Source: Isurus oxyrinchus
Lineage: Eukaryota
Assembly (NCBI GenBank): GCA_026770705.1
Contig: JANJGN010000039.1
Location: 10,230,001 to 10,294,000, forward strand
Length of the DNA stretch: 64,000 nucleotides
Reading direction: 5' to 3'
Shown here: positions 34,001-48,605 of the stretch, one piece after another
How the letters are laid out: each line of letters opens with the position of its first letter
How positions within the stretch are numbered: position 1 is the first letter of the stretch
The notes under the pieces: model-generated
What the model was told of the DNA's origin: nothing
Database searches by the model: none
What the model saw: only the letters and a program-made list of their open reading frames with translations
Program-made: the position numbers and the translations under genes

Positions 34001-36255
34001 TAATGAAGCAGGACTGATTTGTCCCGGAAGATCTCAAGATTTTTGAGTGTTGTGGTAGGTGCAATCCTGAGGAAAGCGGTGAGTATTCCATCAAGCTCCA
34101 GAGTTGTGCCTTGTAGATAGCAAACAAGCTTTTGGGAGTCAGGGGGTGATTTATTCGTCGGGGCATTGCCAGTCTCTGGCCTGTTCTTTTAGCCATATAA
34201 TTTATCTTGCTAGCCAGCTCAGTGTCTGGGCCATGATTGCCCCCAGCCTGTTGGTAGTGGTGGATTCAGTAATAAGCAAAGGTCGATGGTTGGATTCTCT
34301 CTTGTTAGATAGTGATAGTAATCCTCCTCAGTCTGTCCCCTCCCCGCACCCCCCACACCACCACCCCCCCCCCCCCCCCTCCCCCACCCCCCCCCCCCCC
34401 CCCCCCGGCTCGGTGCCACACCCTTCACCTCCTCCCTCAAAGCTATGTCTCCTTTGACCTCGAGGGTCTGAAATGGTTTCGATTCGCTTTTGGTCCAAAT
34501 CGAGACTTTTCAGTGATTCACACCCCAGAGTGTTGACACACCAACTTCGGCCATGGTGATCCAAATGGCCAATTGATCACTGTTGCTGCCTTGGCTCAAG
34601 TCTTTTGTTCCAGCTGATCATTCACGTTGCCTTCACGTGCAAAGCAATTCCTCCAAACTCCTGTATATCATGGCTGATCCCGTTTTTTTCTCATTAGCCA
34701 GAAGGTAAAAAAAATAGTCCGGACCCATACTCTTACTTCCTGATTTATTGGTGTTCCATTGAAAGGCATAATAGACTGGTTCAAATCAAGATTCGTAATG
34801 CCAGCTTTACTGTTTTAATTTCTCAGGTATGCGCCCAAATCTCTGCCTCCATCCACCATTAATTTTTTGAGTCTCCAGTCGGGATGTAATCCCTCTGCAT
34901 CTACCTATGTATCTGTGTCAGAAATAGATATGCTTCATTGGGTTGCACACTTTTTATTTGTACTGCGGAGACCTACTTTGTTCCAGCTCACAGATGAACG
35001 GACAAGTCTCTCATCCTGGGAAACAATGGAGTGGACATTTGCCACACCTCATCTAAGTCTAACATATCCAACGACAGGTTAGATGAATGAAACCTTCTTA
35101 CTGCAGCTGGGAACTCCTAAGAAATAGGAGCCGGAGTACGCAATAATGATCCTAAGGACTGCTTCGCCATTCGATACAATTGTGGCCGATCTGACTGAGG
35201 TCTGAGTTCCATTTTGACTGACTCTTATCTTGTAAAATTACAGCAAGACTCCCTTCACTTGTGAAGTACAAGCACGTCATATTATTTCCCAATGCAACCG
35301 TGTGCTAACTTGTACTGTCTACTGGACAAGCATTGCAAAATCCCTCCCAGCACCAACATTGAATATGCCCTCACTGTTTGTTCAGTAATCTGTTCTTCAA
35401 TTCTCCCTGCCAAATTGGATAATAGTACATTTTCCCACATTATACTCGACCTGCCACAATATTTCATGCTAACTCAAACTGTGCTACCTCTTTCCAGTTC
35501 TCTGTGTCACCCTCACAGCTTTACGGTGATGCTGATAAGCGAGATAGTGACATTTGCACCAGCAGTGGCTCTGTCGTATTGACTGGGAGGACTGTCACAC
35601 AAACGATCTTCTGCTTCTCGAAAATGCCTGCACGAATATATGGGTAAAACTCTCGCAAAAACGACTTCCATGGACTGGAAAGTAGGTCGGGGTGGTGGAA
35701 AACAGTGTCTCGCTGCCAGGTCCTGTTTTCTCATCTCTCCAATGTCCAATATTCCAGGGGAACACTTTGAAACTCGCCTCGAATTTTGGAACCATCGACA
35801 CTGATGACTGGGAGGAGCATGCTGCCAGTTGGTAAAAATGCTGACCACATATGAAGCATTATGCATCACGTTTTGAGTGTCACGTCTTAATGATGAGGCA
35901 GAGTGGCCACTTAGAATGGAAGGGAAGGAAGCAAATCCTGCTCTCCGGACCTCAATACCTGATGGGACGTCCTGCGCCATGTCTCTGAAGCTCTGCGGCA
36001 CGAGTCTCGGCCTGTACATCCACATGAAGACCCACAACAGGAAGTGGCCACACCGAGGATACATCATCATCGAATCGAGGGACAGCCGATGGTGTGGACA
36101 ATTTGCAGGCCAGCTTGCTGCTGTGAGCAAGCTTGGAGACATAACACTCCAAGCCCTCATTACGTCATTGACATAAATTGTAAATTTGCTGAGAATGGGG
36201 AATGGTGAAGACTTTTAGGGGCCAGGCACACGACAATGGGAATTTTTGTGAGTGA
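31065..36255 (+). repeat. Tandem segmental unit 2
   Basis: Sat33 31065-32455; segment A 32455-33585; LINE(-) 33590-34310; segment B 34315-35100; RTE 35570-36090. Confidence 0.9.
35570..36090 (+). mobile_element. RTE-clade LINE 3' fragment in unit 2
   Basis: ORF 35877..36176 'ANPALRTSIPDGTSCAMSLKLCGTSLGLYIHMKTH' matches the RTE C-terminal C..C...CGSRIGL.SH..TH motif. Confidence 0.85.
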
Positions 36256-39200
36256 GATGTTGCAATGTCGGGTGGTCAGTGCTGAGGGAGTGCCGCACTG
36301 TCGGAGCATCAGCACTGAGAGACGGCCAAGCTGTCCGATGGTCAAAAGTGAGGATGTGCCACACTGTTGCATGGTATATAGTGAGGTAGTGCTGCAGTGT
36401 TTGAAGGTCATTTCTGAAGGATTGCAGTGCTGCTGGAAGGTCAGTAACAATGCACTAGTGCACTGTTGGATGGTGTGCATTGAGTGGGCAGCGCATTGTC
36501 AGAGGGTCAGTAGCGAGGGAGCACCCTAAAATTAGAATGAAAATACAAAGGGATTGTTGCTCTGTTGGAGGGTCAGGTCTGTGGAAATGGCACACTGTCA
36601 TGGTGTAAGTACTGAACAAACGCCGAATCATCGAATGTACAGTTCTGATGGCGAGTCGCACTTTCAGAGGGTCAATTCTGTCAATGGATCATACTGAGGG
36701 ATTTCTGCACTGTCAGAAGGTCAGTACTGAGGAAGCCCCGAGCTGTTGGAAGGCCGGTACTGAGGGTACGCTGCATTGTCGCAGGCACTGTAATGAAGTA
36801 GTGCAACACTGTTGGAGGGTCAGTACTGATGATGTGCTGCACTGTGGGATGGTCAGTGCTTAGGCAATACCGCACTTTCTGAAAGTTAGTACTGATGGAA
36901 CACAGCAATGTCAGGTGTTCGGCATGGAGGGAGTGTTGATGCAATGCCGCACTATTGACGGATATGTTTTGATGGAGCGTCGCACTGTCAGAGGGTCAGT
37001 GCTGAGGGAATGTCACGCTGTCGGATGGTCATTTCCGAGAGAGTGCTGCAATGTCCTTTTCAGTACATGAGCATTTTCTGAGCATAGAGTCAGAACTGAG
37101 GGAGTGTCGCTCTTTCAGAGGAACAGTAATTATGAAGTGCTGTACAATCAGACGGGCCACACTGAGGTAGTGCCACCCTGATGGAGAGTCAGTACTGAGG
37201 GAGTGCCGCGCTGTCAGAGCATCTGTACAAAGGGAATGCTGAGGTTCAGTACTGATGTAGTGCCAACCTGTCAGATGGTCAGTACTGAAGGAGTGCCGCT
37301 GTCTCGGAGGATCAGTGTTGAGGGAGAGCCTCATTATCGGAAGGACATTACTAAGGGAGCACCGCACTCTCGGATTGGTAGTACTGAGGGAGCCCCGCAT
37401 AAAACGCGGGTCACTTGTGACTGAGTGCTGCATTGCTGGATGATCATTCCTGAGGGAGTACTGCACTGACAGGAAATCAGTATTGAGGCAACGCCACTCT
37501 CTCGGAGGGACAGTACTGAGAGATCTCTGCAGTGTCGGCGGGTCACTACTGAGGAGAAGCTGCACTGACAGCAATTCTAACATGCAGTAATAAGATGTTG
37601 GCCAACTATTGTGGCAGCAATTCTAACGTGCAGTAATAAGATGTTGGCCAACTATTGAGACCAGTTAGTGGTCTGCTCCTGAGGGATCATAACCTTAAAA
37701 TTGGATTTGAGCCTTCACAGTTAATATCAAGAATCATATAATCACACACAAGTCAGTGGAAAGAGGTTTGGCCTGTCAATTGGCAATGTCAAGGCATACA
37801 TTGATGGGTCTCTGTAATGAAAGTTGATAAACTTTTCTGCATGCAAGATGGGTAACTGCTGTAAAACTACGGATGTGCTTTGGATCCTGTGAATAATGGA
37901 ACAAGGCTCAAGGAAAGTATTACCATCTCCACCTCTCATATTTCAAACAGCTCTCTGTTCGCTTGCTCCTGGTTGCAGATGTTCCTGTATGTGTGGTTTC
38001 AGAGAGAACTTATCTCCACCTCTGCTCTGAACAGTCAGTCAAACAAAGTAACCTCACAATTATATAGATATAGGCTGACCTTTCTATGTTTCTGACGCAT
38101 GAGGTGCAGCATTCAATTCTGCTCAGCACAGAGCCTGTCTCTATCACACAACCTCAGGATTAACAATGGATCCATACTGTGCGTTGGGGTGCGCTGAAAA
38201 TCTACCCTTCACCCCTGAGTTAGCCCAATGAAACGGCCATTGAAGAACATTAGACATAGGAGCAGGGGGAGTTTAATCTCACCATGTAAATTTAAGAAGG
38301 GTTGTTTGGTTTGATGAAATTAGATTTGAATTTATTTAGCATTGAACATACCAATTACTACAACCTGAATTAACCTTTCAAACGGCTTTAGTTTGAAAGA
38401 GACCGAAACATCAGAATGTCTTAGACACTGAATTCGGAAATAATACTGACATTTATAGAACAGAAGCAAAATCAAACAGCAAAGCACTTATAAAAATACG
38501 AAAGTCTAATCAAACAATTTGTTCAATATACTAAATCTTAACCAATAATTAATAAGGAGTGGCGCAGTGGAAAGTATATGTAACAACAGTGCCATACCGT
38601 AGTCACACTTTCAAATGGATGCTCAGACGGTAAGAAGCGGATGAGAATTGTAACCACTACTCCACCCCCTGCGCTGACAGCTTTTCACCGTAGGACACTG
38701 AACCTCCATGGGATCCACACTGAAATGAATTCTCCTCCCTCTGCCCCCTGGGCACAATGCCACACTCTCCATATTTTTCTATTAATTCATGGGATGTGGG
38801 ATTCCCAGGGTTAGCCAGCATTTATTACCAATTCCTAATTGCCCCTTGAGAAGTTGGTAGTGAGCTGCCTTGTTGAATGGCAGCAGTCCATGAGGTTCAG
38901 GTATACCCACAGTGCTGTTAGGGATGGAGCTCCATTTTGTGCACCAGTAACGGTGAAGGAACAGCCGATAGGTTTCCAAGTGAGGACCATGTACGTATTC
39001 GAGGGGAACTTACAGGTGTCTGCTGCCCTTGCCCTACTGGATGATAGGGGTCGTTGCTTTAAATGGTGCTATCGATATAGCCTTGGAGAGTTGCTGCAGT
39101 GCATCCTGTAGATGGTACACAGTGATGCTACATTGTGTCGGAGGTGGAGGGAGTGACTATTTATTCATGTGATACCAATCAAGCAGGGCTGCTTTGTCCA

Positions 39201-41570
39201 GGACAGTCTCAAGCACTTTAATGGTTGTGGGAGGTGCACTCCTCCAGGGAAGCGCTGAATATTCATTTTCAATCCTGACTTGTGCCATGCACATAGTGGA
39301 GAGGCTATGGAGAGTCCGGAGGTGATTTATTTGTCGGGTTATTGGCAGGCTGTGGCCTGATTTTGTAAGCGCAGAATTATTCTGGCTAGTCCAGTTCAGT
39401 TTCTGGGCAAAGGTAACCCCCATGTTGTTGATAGTGGGGGATTCAGGGAATGTAAAGTCACTGACCGGCAAAGGGCAATGGTTGGATTCTCTCTTGTTCT
39501 GCAGTGGCAGGAATTTTCCTCTGTAAGTCCCTCCGTCTCTTGTGCCATGCTCTCTATCTCCTCCCTGAAAGGAATGTCCCTTTTCACACCAAGGGTCTGA
39601 CCAGGTTTCCCTTCACTTTGGCTCCACATCGAGACATTTCAGTTTTTCACACCCCAGAGTGTTGACACAGCACCTTCGGCCATAGCGTTCCAAATGGCTT
39701 TTTGGCCACTCATGCTTCCTTGGCAAACGTCAATGGTTCCAGCTAATTGCTCATGTTGACTTCAACTGCAAAGAAATTCTTCCAGAATCCTGAATTTCAT
39801 GGCTGATCCCTTTTTCCTAATTAGAAAGAAGGAAAAAAATAGCCAGATCCATACTCTTACTTCCCAGGTTTTCTGGTGTTCCATTGGAGGCCAGGTCATA
39901 AGGTGCATTTAAAACCGAGATAGATAGGAGTTTGATTGGTGAGGGGATCAAATGTTACGGGGTGAAGGTGGGAGAATGGTGGTGAGAAACTTATCAACCC
40001 ATGATTGATTGTCGGAACACATTCGGTGGCTGAATGGCCTATTTTCTGATCCTATGCCTTATGCTCTTATGGTCTTATTGGAAGGTGTACCAGGCCGGTT
40101 CAGACCAGTATTCTTATTTCCAAGTTTTACTGATTTTATTTTATGGTTATCTACCCACATTCCAACCCACCCCGCCAAATCCAACCAAACAGACAGTCCC
40201 GGAGTCTCCAGTCGGGATGTAATCCCTCTGCATCTGTCTATATATCTACATCAGAAACTGAGAAGATTCAATGAGATAAACTATTTGTGTTTGAACTTCA
40301 GAGCCCCAATTTATTGCAGCTCACTGATGAATGGAGAACCCTCTCATCCTGGGAACCGATCGAGAGCCCATTTTCCACACCTCATCTAAGTCAAAGATAT
40401 CCTAACTCAGGTCAGAGGACTGAAACCGTCTTATGGCAGCTGAGACCTCCTAGGAATAGTAGCCGGATGAGGCCATTTGGGCCATAAAGCCTGCTTCACC
40501 AATTGATACAAATGTGGCGGATCTCCTGTAGTCAATTTTGACTGACATACTTTGCAAAATTGCAGCAAGACTCCCTTCTCGTGTGAAGTAAAAACACATC
40601 ATTTCACTTCCCAATACAACCGTGTGCTAACTTGTTATGTGTCCACGACAAGCATTCCAATATTCCTCTGAGCACCAAATATAAAAGTGACGTCATTCTT
40701 TGTTAACTATTCTGTTCTTCTACTCTCCCTGGCAAAGTGGTTAATGTAACGTTTTCGCACATCATACTCGACCTGCCACGCTATTGCCTGCTCACTCAAC
40801 CTGCCGCTACCTCTTTCTCTTTCTTTGTGTCCTCCTCACAACTTTATGGTGATGTTGATTATCAGGGTAGAGAAAGGTCCACCAGAAGTGGCTCCGCCGG
40901 AATTAATGTGAGAAGCTGTCACGCAATCGCTCGCATGCTTCTCGAAAATGCCTGCACGAGCATTCAGGCAAAACTCTCGCAAAATGACTTCCGTGCACTA
41001 GAAAGTGTTTCCAGATGGTGGAAAAGTGTGTCTCGCCACCAGGTCTTATTTTCTCAACTCTTCAATGGCCATTATTCCAGGGGAACACTTTGAAACTGGA
41101 TACGAATTTTGGTAGCATTGACGCTAATGACTGGGAAAAGCTTGCTTCCTGTTGTTAAAAAACATGTCAATCATTCTGCAGCACTCTCTGAGTAGCCATG
41201 TCTTAATGATGAGGCAGAGCGACTGAAGGGAAGGAAAGGACAGAACCAAGTCCTACGCTCTGAAATGCAATACGTTGTGGTACGTCCTGCCCCTTGACTG
41301 TTAAACTCTGCAACACGACACTCGACCTGTTCATCCACATGAAGACCCAAAACAGGAAATGGCCACACCGAGGAGACAACATCAGTGAATCGAGGGACAG
41401 ACGAAGGTGAGGAAAATTTACTGTCCAGCAAGGTGTTGTGACCAAGCTTGGACACAGAAAGCTCCATCCCCACATTAGGCCATTTACATGGATTGCAAAT
41501 TTGGTGAGAATGGGGATTTTTAAGGATTATTGGAGGCCATGCGAAAGACAATGTGATGGTTTATGAGTCA
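36255..41570 (+). repeat. Tandem segmental unit 3
   Basis: Sat33 36255-37570; segment A 37570-38770; LINE(-) 38780-39500; segment B 39505-40440 with a private CR1 3' insert at ~39890-40075; RTE 40890-41410. Confidence 0.9.
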
Positions 41571-44500
41571 GATGTCGTCATGTTGGAGGGTCAGGAGTGT
41601 TGGAGCGCCTCAGGCTGAAGCAGCGCCGCAATCGGAGTGTCAGTACTGATAGATGTCCAATCTTTCAGAGGGTCTGTACTGAGGATGTGCCACACAGTTT
41701 CATGGTATGTACTGATGTAGTGCTGCACTGCTCGAGGGTCATTTCTGAAGAAGTGCAGCACTGTTGGAGTGTCAGGACTGATTGAGTACTGCACTCTTGC
41801 AGGTGAGTACTGAGGGAGAAATGTATTGTCAGAGGGTCAGCAGTGAGGGGGTAACGCACTGTCAGAGTGTCAGTACTAAGGCAATGTCGCTCTGTCGAAC
41901 TGTCAGGTTTGTGGAAGTGGCACGCTGTCAGAGAGAAAGTACTGAGTGAATGCCGGACCATCGTAAGGTCAGTTCTGATGGAGAGTCTCACTGCCAGGTG
42001 GTCAATTCTGAGGCCGTGTGCCCTGTCGGAGGATCAGTGCTCAGGGAGTTCTGCACTATCAGAAGGTCAGTGCTGAGGGAGAGCCAAGCTGTCGGAGGTT
42101 CCATACTGAAGGCGCGCTGCACATTTGCAGCCTCTGTAGTGAAGGAATGGATAACTGTTGAAGGGTCAGTACTGCTGATGTGCTGCACTGTTGGAGGTTC
42201 AGTCCTGAGGGAGTGCCACACTTCAAGAAAGTCAATACTGGTGTAGTACAGCACTGTCGAGTGTTCGTCAGGAAGGGACTGCTGCACTGCCAGGGGTTCT
42301 GCACTGAGGGAGTACCGCACTGTCAGAGGGTCAGTGATGAGGCAATGTCGCACTTTTGGGTGTTCATTTCCGAGGCAGCGCCGCACGGTCTGGTTGTCAG
42401 TACTGAGTGAGTGCTGCACTGTCGAAGTGTCAGAGCTTAAGGAGTGTCATTCTGTCAGGTGGTAATTACTGATAGGGTGCCACACTGTCGGACGTTTTAA
42501 TGCTGAGGGATTGCTGCATTGTCAGATGTACAGTAATTTGGTAGTGCTGTACTGTCAGGGGTGTCGCAATGAGAAATTGCAGCCCTGACAGCCAGTCAGT
42601 ACTGAGGGATGCCGCACTGTTGGAGGTTCAGTAGAGAGGGTGTCCCGGTATGTCGGAGTTTCAGTGCTGAGGGAGCGCTGCCCTGTTGGAGAGTCAGTGT
42701 TGAGGGAGTTTTGCACTCTCAGAGGGAGATTACTGATGGATAACCCGCACTCTCAGAGGAGCAGTACTGAAGGAGCGCCGCACTGTCAACGAGTCATTTG
42801 TGACTGAGTGCTGCACTGATGGATGATCAGCCTTGAGGGAAACCACACTATCAAGAAGTCAGTATTGAGGGAGCTCTGCCCTGTCAGTGGGTCACTACTG
42901 AGGGGGAGTTGCACTGGCAGCAATTCTATCATGCAGTATTAATCTGTTAGCCAAGTTTTGAGATCACTGTGTGGTCTGCTCCTGAGGGACATAACCTTAA
43001 ATTTGGATTTGGGCCATTCACTGTTAATATCAGGAATCACACATTCACAAACAAGTCAGTGGAACGATATTTCGTGTGTCAGTTGAGAATGTCAAGCATA
43101 GATTGATGGGTCTGTGTTATGAAAGGATATTAATGGTTGTGGGTGCAAGATGGGTAAATTTTGTAATGATACAGATGTGCTCTGGACCCCCTGAATACGG
43201 GAACAGGGCTAAATGAAAGTATTACCATCACCTCCTCACATAAGTCAAATTGTTCTCATTTCGCTTGCTCCTGTTTGCACATGTTCCTGGATGTGTTGTT
43301 TCTGAGAGATCTTATCTCCACCTCTGCTGTGGACAGCACCTGTCAAGCACAGTAACCTCAAAAATAAATATATGTAGGTTGAACATTCCTTACCTCTGAC
43401 ACCTGGTGTGCAGCATTCAAATATGCTCAGCACAGTACCTGTCTGCATCACGCATTCTCATTATTGACAATGGTCCCATAGTATAGATGGGGTGGGGGTT
43501 GGGGTGGGGGGAGGGGAGTGCTGAAAATATCCCCTGTACCCTGAAGTTAGCGCAATCTACCGGCCAGTGAAGAACATCAGGCACTGGAGCAGGAGTGGAT
43601 TAATCTCACCCTCTACTTTTAGAAAGTGTTGTTTGCTTTGATGAACTTAAAATTTAATTTATTTAACATTGAAAAGACTAATTCATGGAACCTGAATTAA
43701 CCAGACAAACTGATTTATTTCGACAGAGACAGAAACATCAGCAGAGTCTTAGACACTGAATTCGGAACTAATACTGAGGTTTATTGAACAGAAGCAACTC
43801 AAGCAACAAAGCACTTAGCAAACAACCAAAGTCTCATCAACCAACTTGTTCAATTAACTCAAACTTATCCAATAGTTAATAAAGGGAGACAAGTTGGGAA
43901 GTATACTTAGCAACGAAACCCGAGAGGAGAAACGCATTCAATTGGACCCCCAATGGGTAAGAAGCGGATGACAATCTTAACCGCCCCCACCCCTCGTGCT
44001 GACAGCTGTTCTTCGAAGGACACTGCACCTTCCGGGGATCTACACTGAAATGAGTTCTCCACTCTCTCTGCCCCCTGGGTACAATGCCACTCTGTTCACA
44101 TTTTTAATATTCATTAGATGGATGTGGGAATCGCAGGCTGATCCAGCATTTATTGCCAAATCCTAATTGCCCCTTGGCAATTTGGTGGTGAGCTGCCTTC
44201 ATGAACGGTGGGAGTCCATGTGGTTTAGGTACACCCACAGTGCTGTTAGGGAGAGAACTCCATGGACTTGAACCAATGACGGTGAAGGAACGGCCGATAG
44301 ATTTGCAAGTCAGGAACTAGTGTGGCTTGGAGGGGAAATTCCAGGTGGTGGTGTTCCCACATTTCTGTTGCCCTTTCCCTTCTAGACGTTAGAGGTCGTG
44401 TGTTTCAAAGTTGGTATCGAACGAGCCTTTGCGAGTTGCTGCATTGCATCTTGTAGATGGTACACACTGCTGCACCTGTGTGTCCATGGTGCAGGCAGTG

Positions 44501-46250
44501 AATGCGTGTTGATGTGATGCCAGTCAAGCTTAGCTGCTTTGTCCTGTACAGTGTCGAGCATCTTGAATGTTGTGGGAGCTGCAGCCATGCAGGCATACGT
44601 TGAGTGTTCCAGCACACTCCTGACTTGTGCCTTGGAGGCAGTGAGCAGGCTTTGTGGAGTCAGGAGGTGAATTGCTCGCCGCAGGATTCCTATCCTCTGG
44701 CCTGTTCTTGTTGCTACAGTATTTTCCTGGCTAGTCTAGTTCAGTTTCTGATCAACGCTGAGCCCCAGGATCACGATAGTCGAGGATTCAGTAGTGGGCA
44801 TGCAATTGAATGTCATGGGGCGCTAGTCAGATTCCCTTGTTGGAGATGGTCATTACCGGGCACTTGTGTGGCTCCAATTATACTTGCTACTTGTCTGCCC
44901 AAGCTTGGATATTGTCCAGGTCTTGCTGCATTTGGACAGGGACTGCATCCGTATCTAAGGAGTCACGAATGCTGCTGAACATTGTGCAATCAGCAGCGAA
45001 CATCCCCAATTCAGACCTTATGATGGAAGGAAGGTCTTAGACACAGCAGGTGAATATGGTTGGGCTGAGGACACTGAACTGAGGAACTCCAGCGGTGATG
45101 TCATCTCCACCTTGGGATGCACACTGCTAGTAATTCTCCTCTGCCTGTGCCCCCGGCCACACTCACCATCTTAACCCTGAAAGGAATGTCATCCCTGACC
45201 CCTATGGTCCGAACCGGTTTCCCTTCACTTAAGCATTCTGATTTTCTATTCTTCCTGCCAAAGGTAAATAACCTCACGCTTGCCCACATGATACTCGACC
45301 GGCCTTCATGTTGCCTGCTCACTCCAACTGCCACTATCTCATCCCAGCTCATTGTGTCCTCCTCCCAGCTTTACCATGATGCTGACAAACAGGGTAGAGA
45401 TATTTCTATCAGCAGTGACTCATCCGGCTTCACTGGGAAGGCAATCACACAGACGCTCTTGTCCATCTTGAAGCTGGCTGCATGAGCATTCTGGCAAAAC
45501 TCTCGCAAAATCGACATAAATCGACTGGACACTGCGTCCAGTTGGTGGAAACGTGTCTTTTACCGCCAGGTCCTGGTTTCACAATTCTGCAATGGCCAAT
45601 GGTCGTGTGCAACACTTGGAAACTCTCCTCGAAGTGTGGCAGCATCGACGTTACTGACTGGTAGCAGCTTGCTGCCAGGCGGTGAAAATGGCGACAAAAT
45701 GTCCGTCATTCTGCATCACGCTTTGAGTCTCCAAGTCTTCATGATGAGGCAGAGTGGCCAGAGAGAAGAGAAGGAAAGGAAGCGAATGCTGCCCTCCGGA
45801 TCCCCCGACTTGGTGGGACGTTCAGCCCTACGTGTTTGCCGCCCTGCAGCTGGAGAATCCGCCTTTTCATCCACATGAAGACCCACAGCAGAAATGGCGA
45901 CCCCGAGGAGGCATCACCCTCGAATCGAGGGACAGCTGTAGGTGAGGACAATTTCTATCCAGCTTGGTGCTGTAACCAAGATTGGACCCAGAACATGCCG
46001 TAACTCATTAAGTCACTGGTATCGACTGTAAACTTGGTGAGGATGGGGATTGATGAAGATTATTGGGGACCAGGCGATGGCCAATGGGAGGGATTGTGAG
46101 TAAGATGGAAAATCAATCCAGATAGTGTGACTTCAAATTGCAACCCTGGGGTCTGTGAATTAGACTTTAAAAGCAAATCTATGAACAAATATCCTGGATC
46201 AGTAAAAGTCACTAACAATTTGCGGGCGGGATTGACGGAGTGAATCTTCA
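41570..46250 (+). repeat. Tandem segmental unit 4
   Basis: Sat33 41570-42915; segment A 42915-44095; longer LINE(-) 44105-45100; truncated segment B 45105-45230; RTE 45355-45940. Confidence 0.9.
44105..45100 (-). mobile_element. CR1/L2-like LINE (~1 kb), mirror of 21465-22472
   Basis: Extends to 'gaggacactgaactgaggaactcc' (GVPQFSVLSP) and has the same 5' junction as the left-arm copy. Confidence 0.9.
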
Positions 46251-46254
46251 CTTT

Positions 46255-46620
46255 CTAAAACTATCTCCATTAAAATCCCAAACCGCAACTCGGCAAGTGT
46301 CCTCTGACAGCACCTTCCATACCCACAGGCGCTCGCATCTAGACAGTCAAGGGCATCAGCTGCATGGGAAGACAACCGCCTCGAATTTCCCTTCCAAACC
46401 ACTAACCAAACTGACATGAAATTACGTTGGCCATTCCGTATTTGATGCTGCGTGAAAATCCTGGAACATCCTCCCGAACAGCACTGTGGGTGGACCTAGA
46501 ACATATGGACGACTGCAGTTCTACAAGATGGCTCCCAAGACTTTCTCAAGCGGAAATTAGCGTTGGGCAAAAAAAGCTGGCCTACCCAGCGATGCCCACA
46601 TCCCAAGAAGGAATGCAAAT
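46255..46620 (+). mobile_element. CR1/L2-like LINE 3' UTR fragment
   Basis: 'cagcaccttcca..catctagacagtcaagggc..aaaatcctggaac..cagcactgtgggtg', as in 1650-1950. Confidence 0.75.
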
Positions 46621-47859
46621 ATATGCCGGGAACATTACACAACATTGAACATTAAATTTTCAGACCCAAAGACAACTTCAGTCCTCCAACAGTCTCCAGG
46701 ATTGGCAACGAGAGGCAGGTTATGTTATGTCAAAGGGGCAAAAAAAAACTGTTCCAAATATCAGGTAGAAGTTTCCTTGTTTTCAAAACTCATTTCATTA
46801 TAAGGAAACTTGAATTTGCATGAATGCTACAATTTCTATCCCGGATGAATGATAATGTTTCAGCCAAACAGCACAGCCAGTAGTCACGTTACCTCAGTGG
46901 GATGGGCAGTGCTGGATGTATTATTAAAGAGTCTGACACCAGGCACAGCATATTGTACCTGAGAGTGAGGACATCGCAGGTGAAAAGGACAACCAGTGCA
47001 TCTCACAGAGCATTTGAAAACTCTGGTATGTAGTCAGCTGTGAAAGGGCCTTTGAATACGTTCAGGAATTTGTCACTTTCTGGGTGTTGGCTCGGTGGGG
47101 TGTGTCTGTTGCTTGTCCTGTCCGCGAACAGGGCTCAGTAATGGAATTGTGTTCGAATATTAGCAGGGTGTCTATACAGGAGGCCTTGAAGGAGGAGCTG
47201 GAGAAGAGAGTCGGTAGGTCAGTAAGACATCGACATTAAACCATTGAGACAATTGAACAAGGAAAAAGGGAAGCATTGGAGCCAAGCAATTGGTGTTGGT
47301 TCAGGACATGTAAGAATGAGCTGAAGAAGAGCCATATGGTCTTGAAACGCTAACTCTTTTTATTTCTCCACAGATGATGTTAGACCTGCTGAGCATTTCC
47401 AGCTCTCTCTGGTTTTGGTTTGGGGTTGAACTCCATATGTTGGGGTCCCAATGAGGTTACGGTTCACCCACTACAAACCACCAGTCCACTGCCTCACTAC
47501 CTAATTAAATTGCCCTCATTTTCCCTATTCCAGTTACTCCCCCTAATGCTAGTTCTTTGTTTTCCTTCCCAGAATATCACCCAGTGATGTGGACTCTGCT
47601 GCTGATACCCGGTTTCATGGGTAAGTTATTTACTTTGTGACCAATCTCCTCCATGTTCACATAAAATTGTTACAGAGCGAAACTTAATTTGTGATATTAT
47701 TGAGGGTGGTTCCACTGCTGTACCTGGGACTCAAGAACAGATGCCATTGTTACCAATGTACACGGAATATAAAGTTATTAAGAGATGTTGTTCACAGAAT
47801 GGACAACAGTGTGTCAATTGGGCTGGATTGTAGCCTCGTGGGAGCTCATACAGTCTGGA

Positions 47860-48605
47860 CTCAAATGGTTAAAACAGCGATCTTTCTAATGAGTTACAAT
47901 CCACAAATGGTACAATCCACAGAGTGACTTGGGGATCCTTCACACAGATTATGACATGTTTTTATCGGGTAAACACATTAATCTAAAGCCTAACGGGGTG
48001 CTCACCTTTATATCTGTTCTAATGGCCGATGTGTGTGTAGACTCCATGTGTCAGGTTGATAAAGCCTTGGTCACACCACACACGGAGTAACTGTGAACAG
48101 CTCTGTGCACCAAATCTGAGGAAGGATAGATTGACCTCGGAGGGAGTGTCATGTAGATTTAACAAGACGAATCCTGGATACCAAGGGTTAAATTATTAGG
48201 AGATTTTAGACCAAGTAAGAATGTTGTCCCCTTTTAAATGTTGGTGGGGCTGATTTGTTCAAAATTAAAAAGCTATCCTGAGGATATCAGGTGGACAGAA
48301 TCTTTTTCCGAGAGTCCGGATGTCGAGGGTGAGGAGGTGTGATCTAAAAATTAGAATGATAGTTTCTTGAGTGAAATTAACAAACACGTCTACATATCGA
48401 TATAGTCGAAGATTGAATCTCTCTGCTGTTAAATGCAATGGATGGTTAATTTATAATTCGGTATTGTCATGTTTATATTCCCCAACGATCTAAAAGGATA
48501 TGGGACAAAGGCGGATAGATTGAGTTATTTCGCAGATCAGCCAAAATCTCACTGAATGCTGGAATAAACTCGAGGGGGCTGAATGGATGCCTCCACTTCT
48601 TGTAT
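47860..48605 (+). mobile_element. Degraded CR1 3' portion
   Basis: 'aaagccttggtcacaccacacacggagta..tgtgaacag..ctgaggaaggatagattgacc' (KALVRPHLEY...LRKD) plus 3' UTR. Confidence 0.75.

Noticed and set aside
24590-42915. CACTGT(C/G)/CACAGTG heptamer-like motifs suggesting V(D)J signals
   Set aside because: Part of the 33-bp satellite monomer, with no nonamer at 12/23 spacing noticed.
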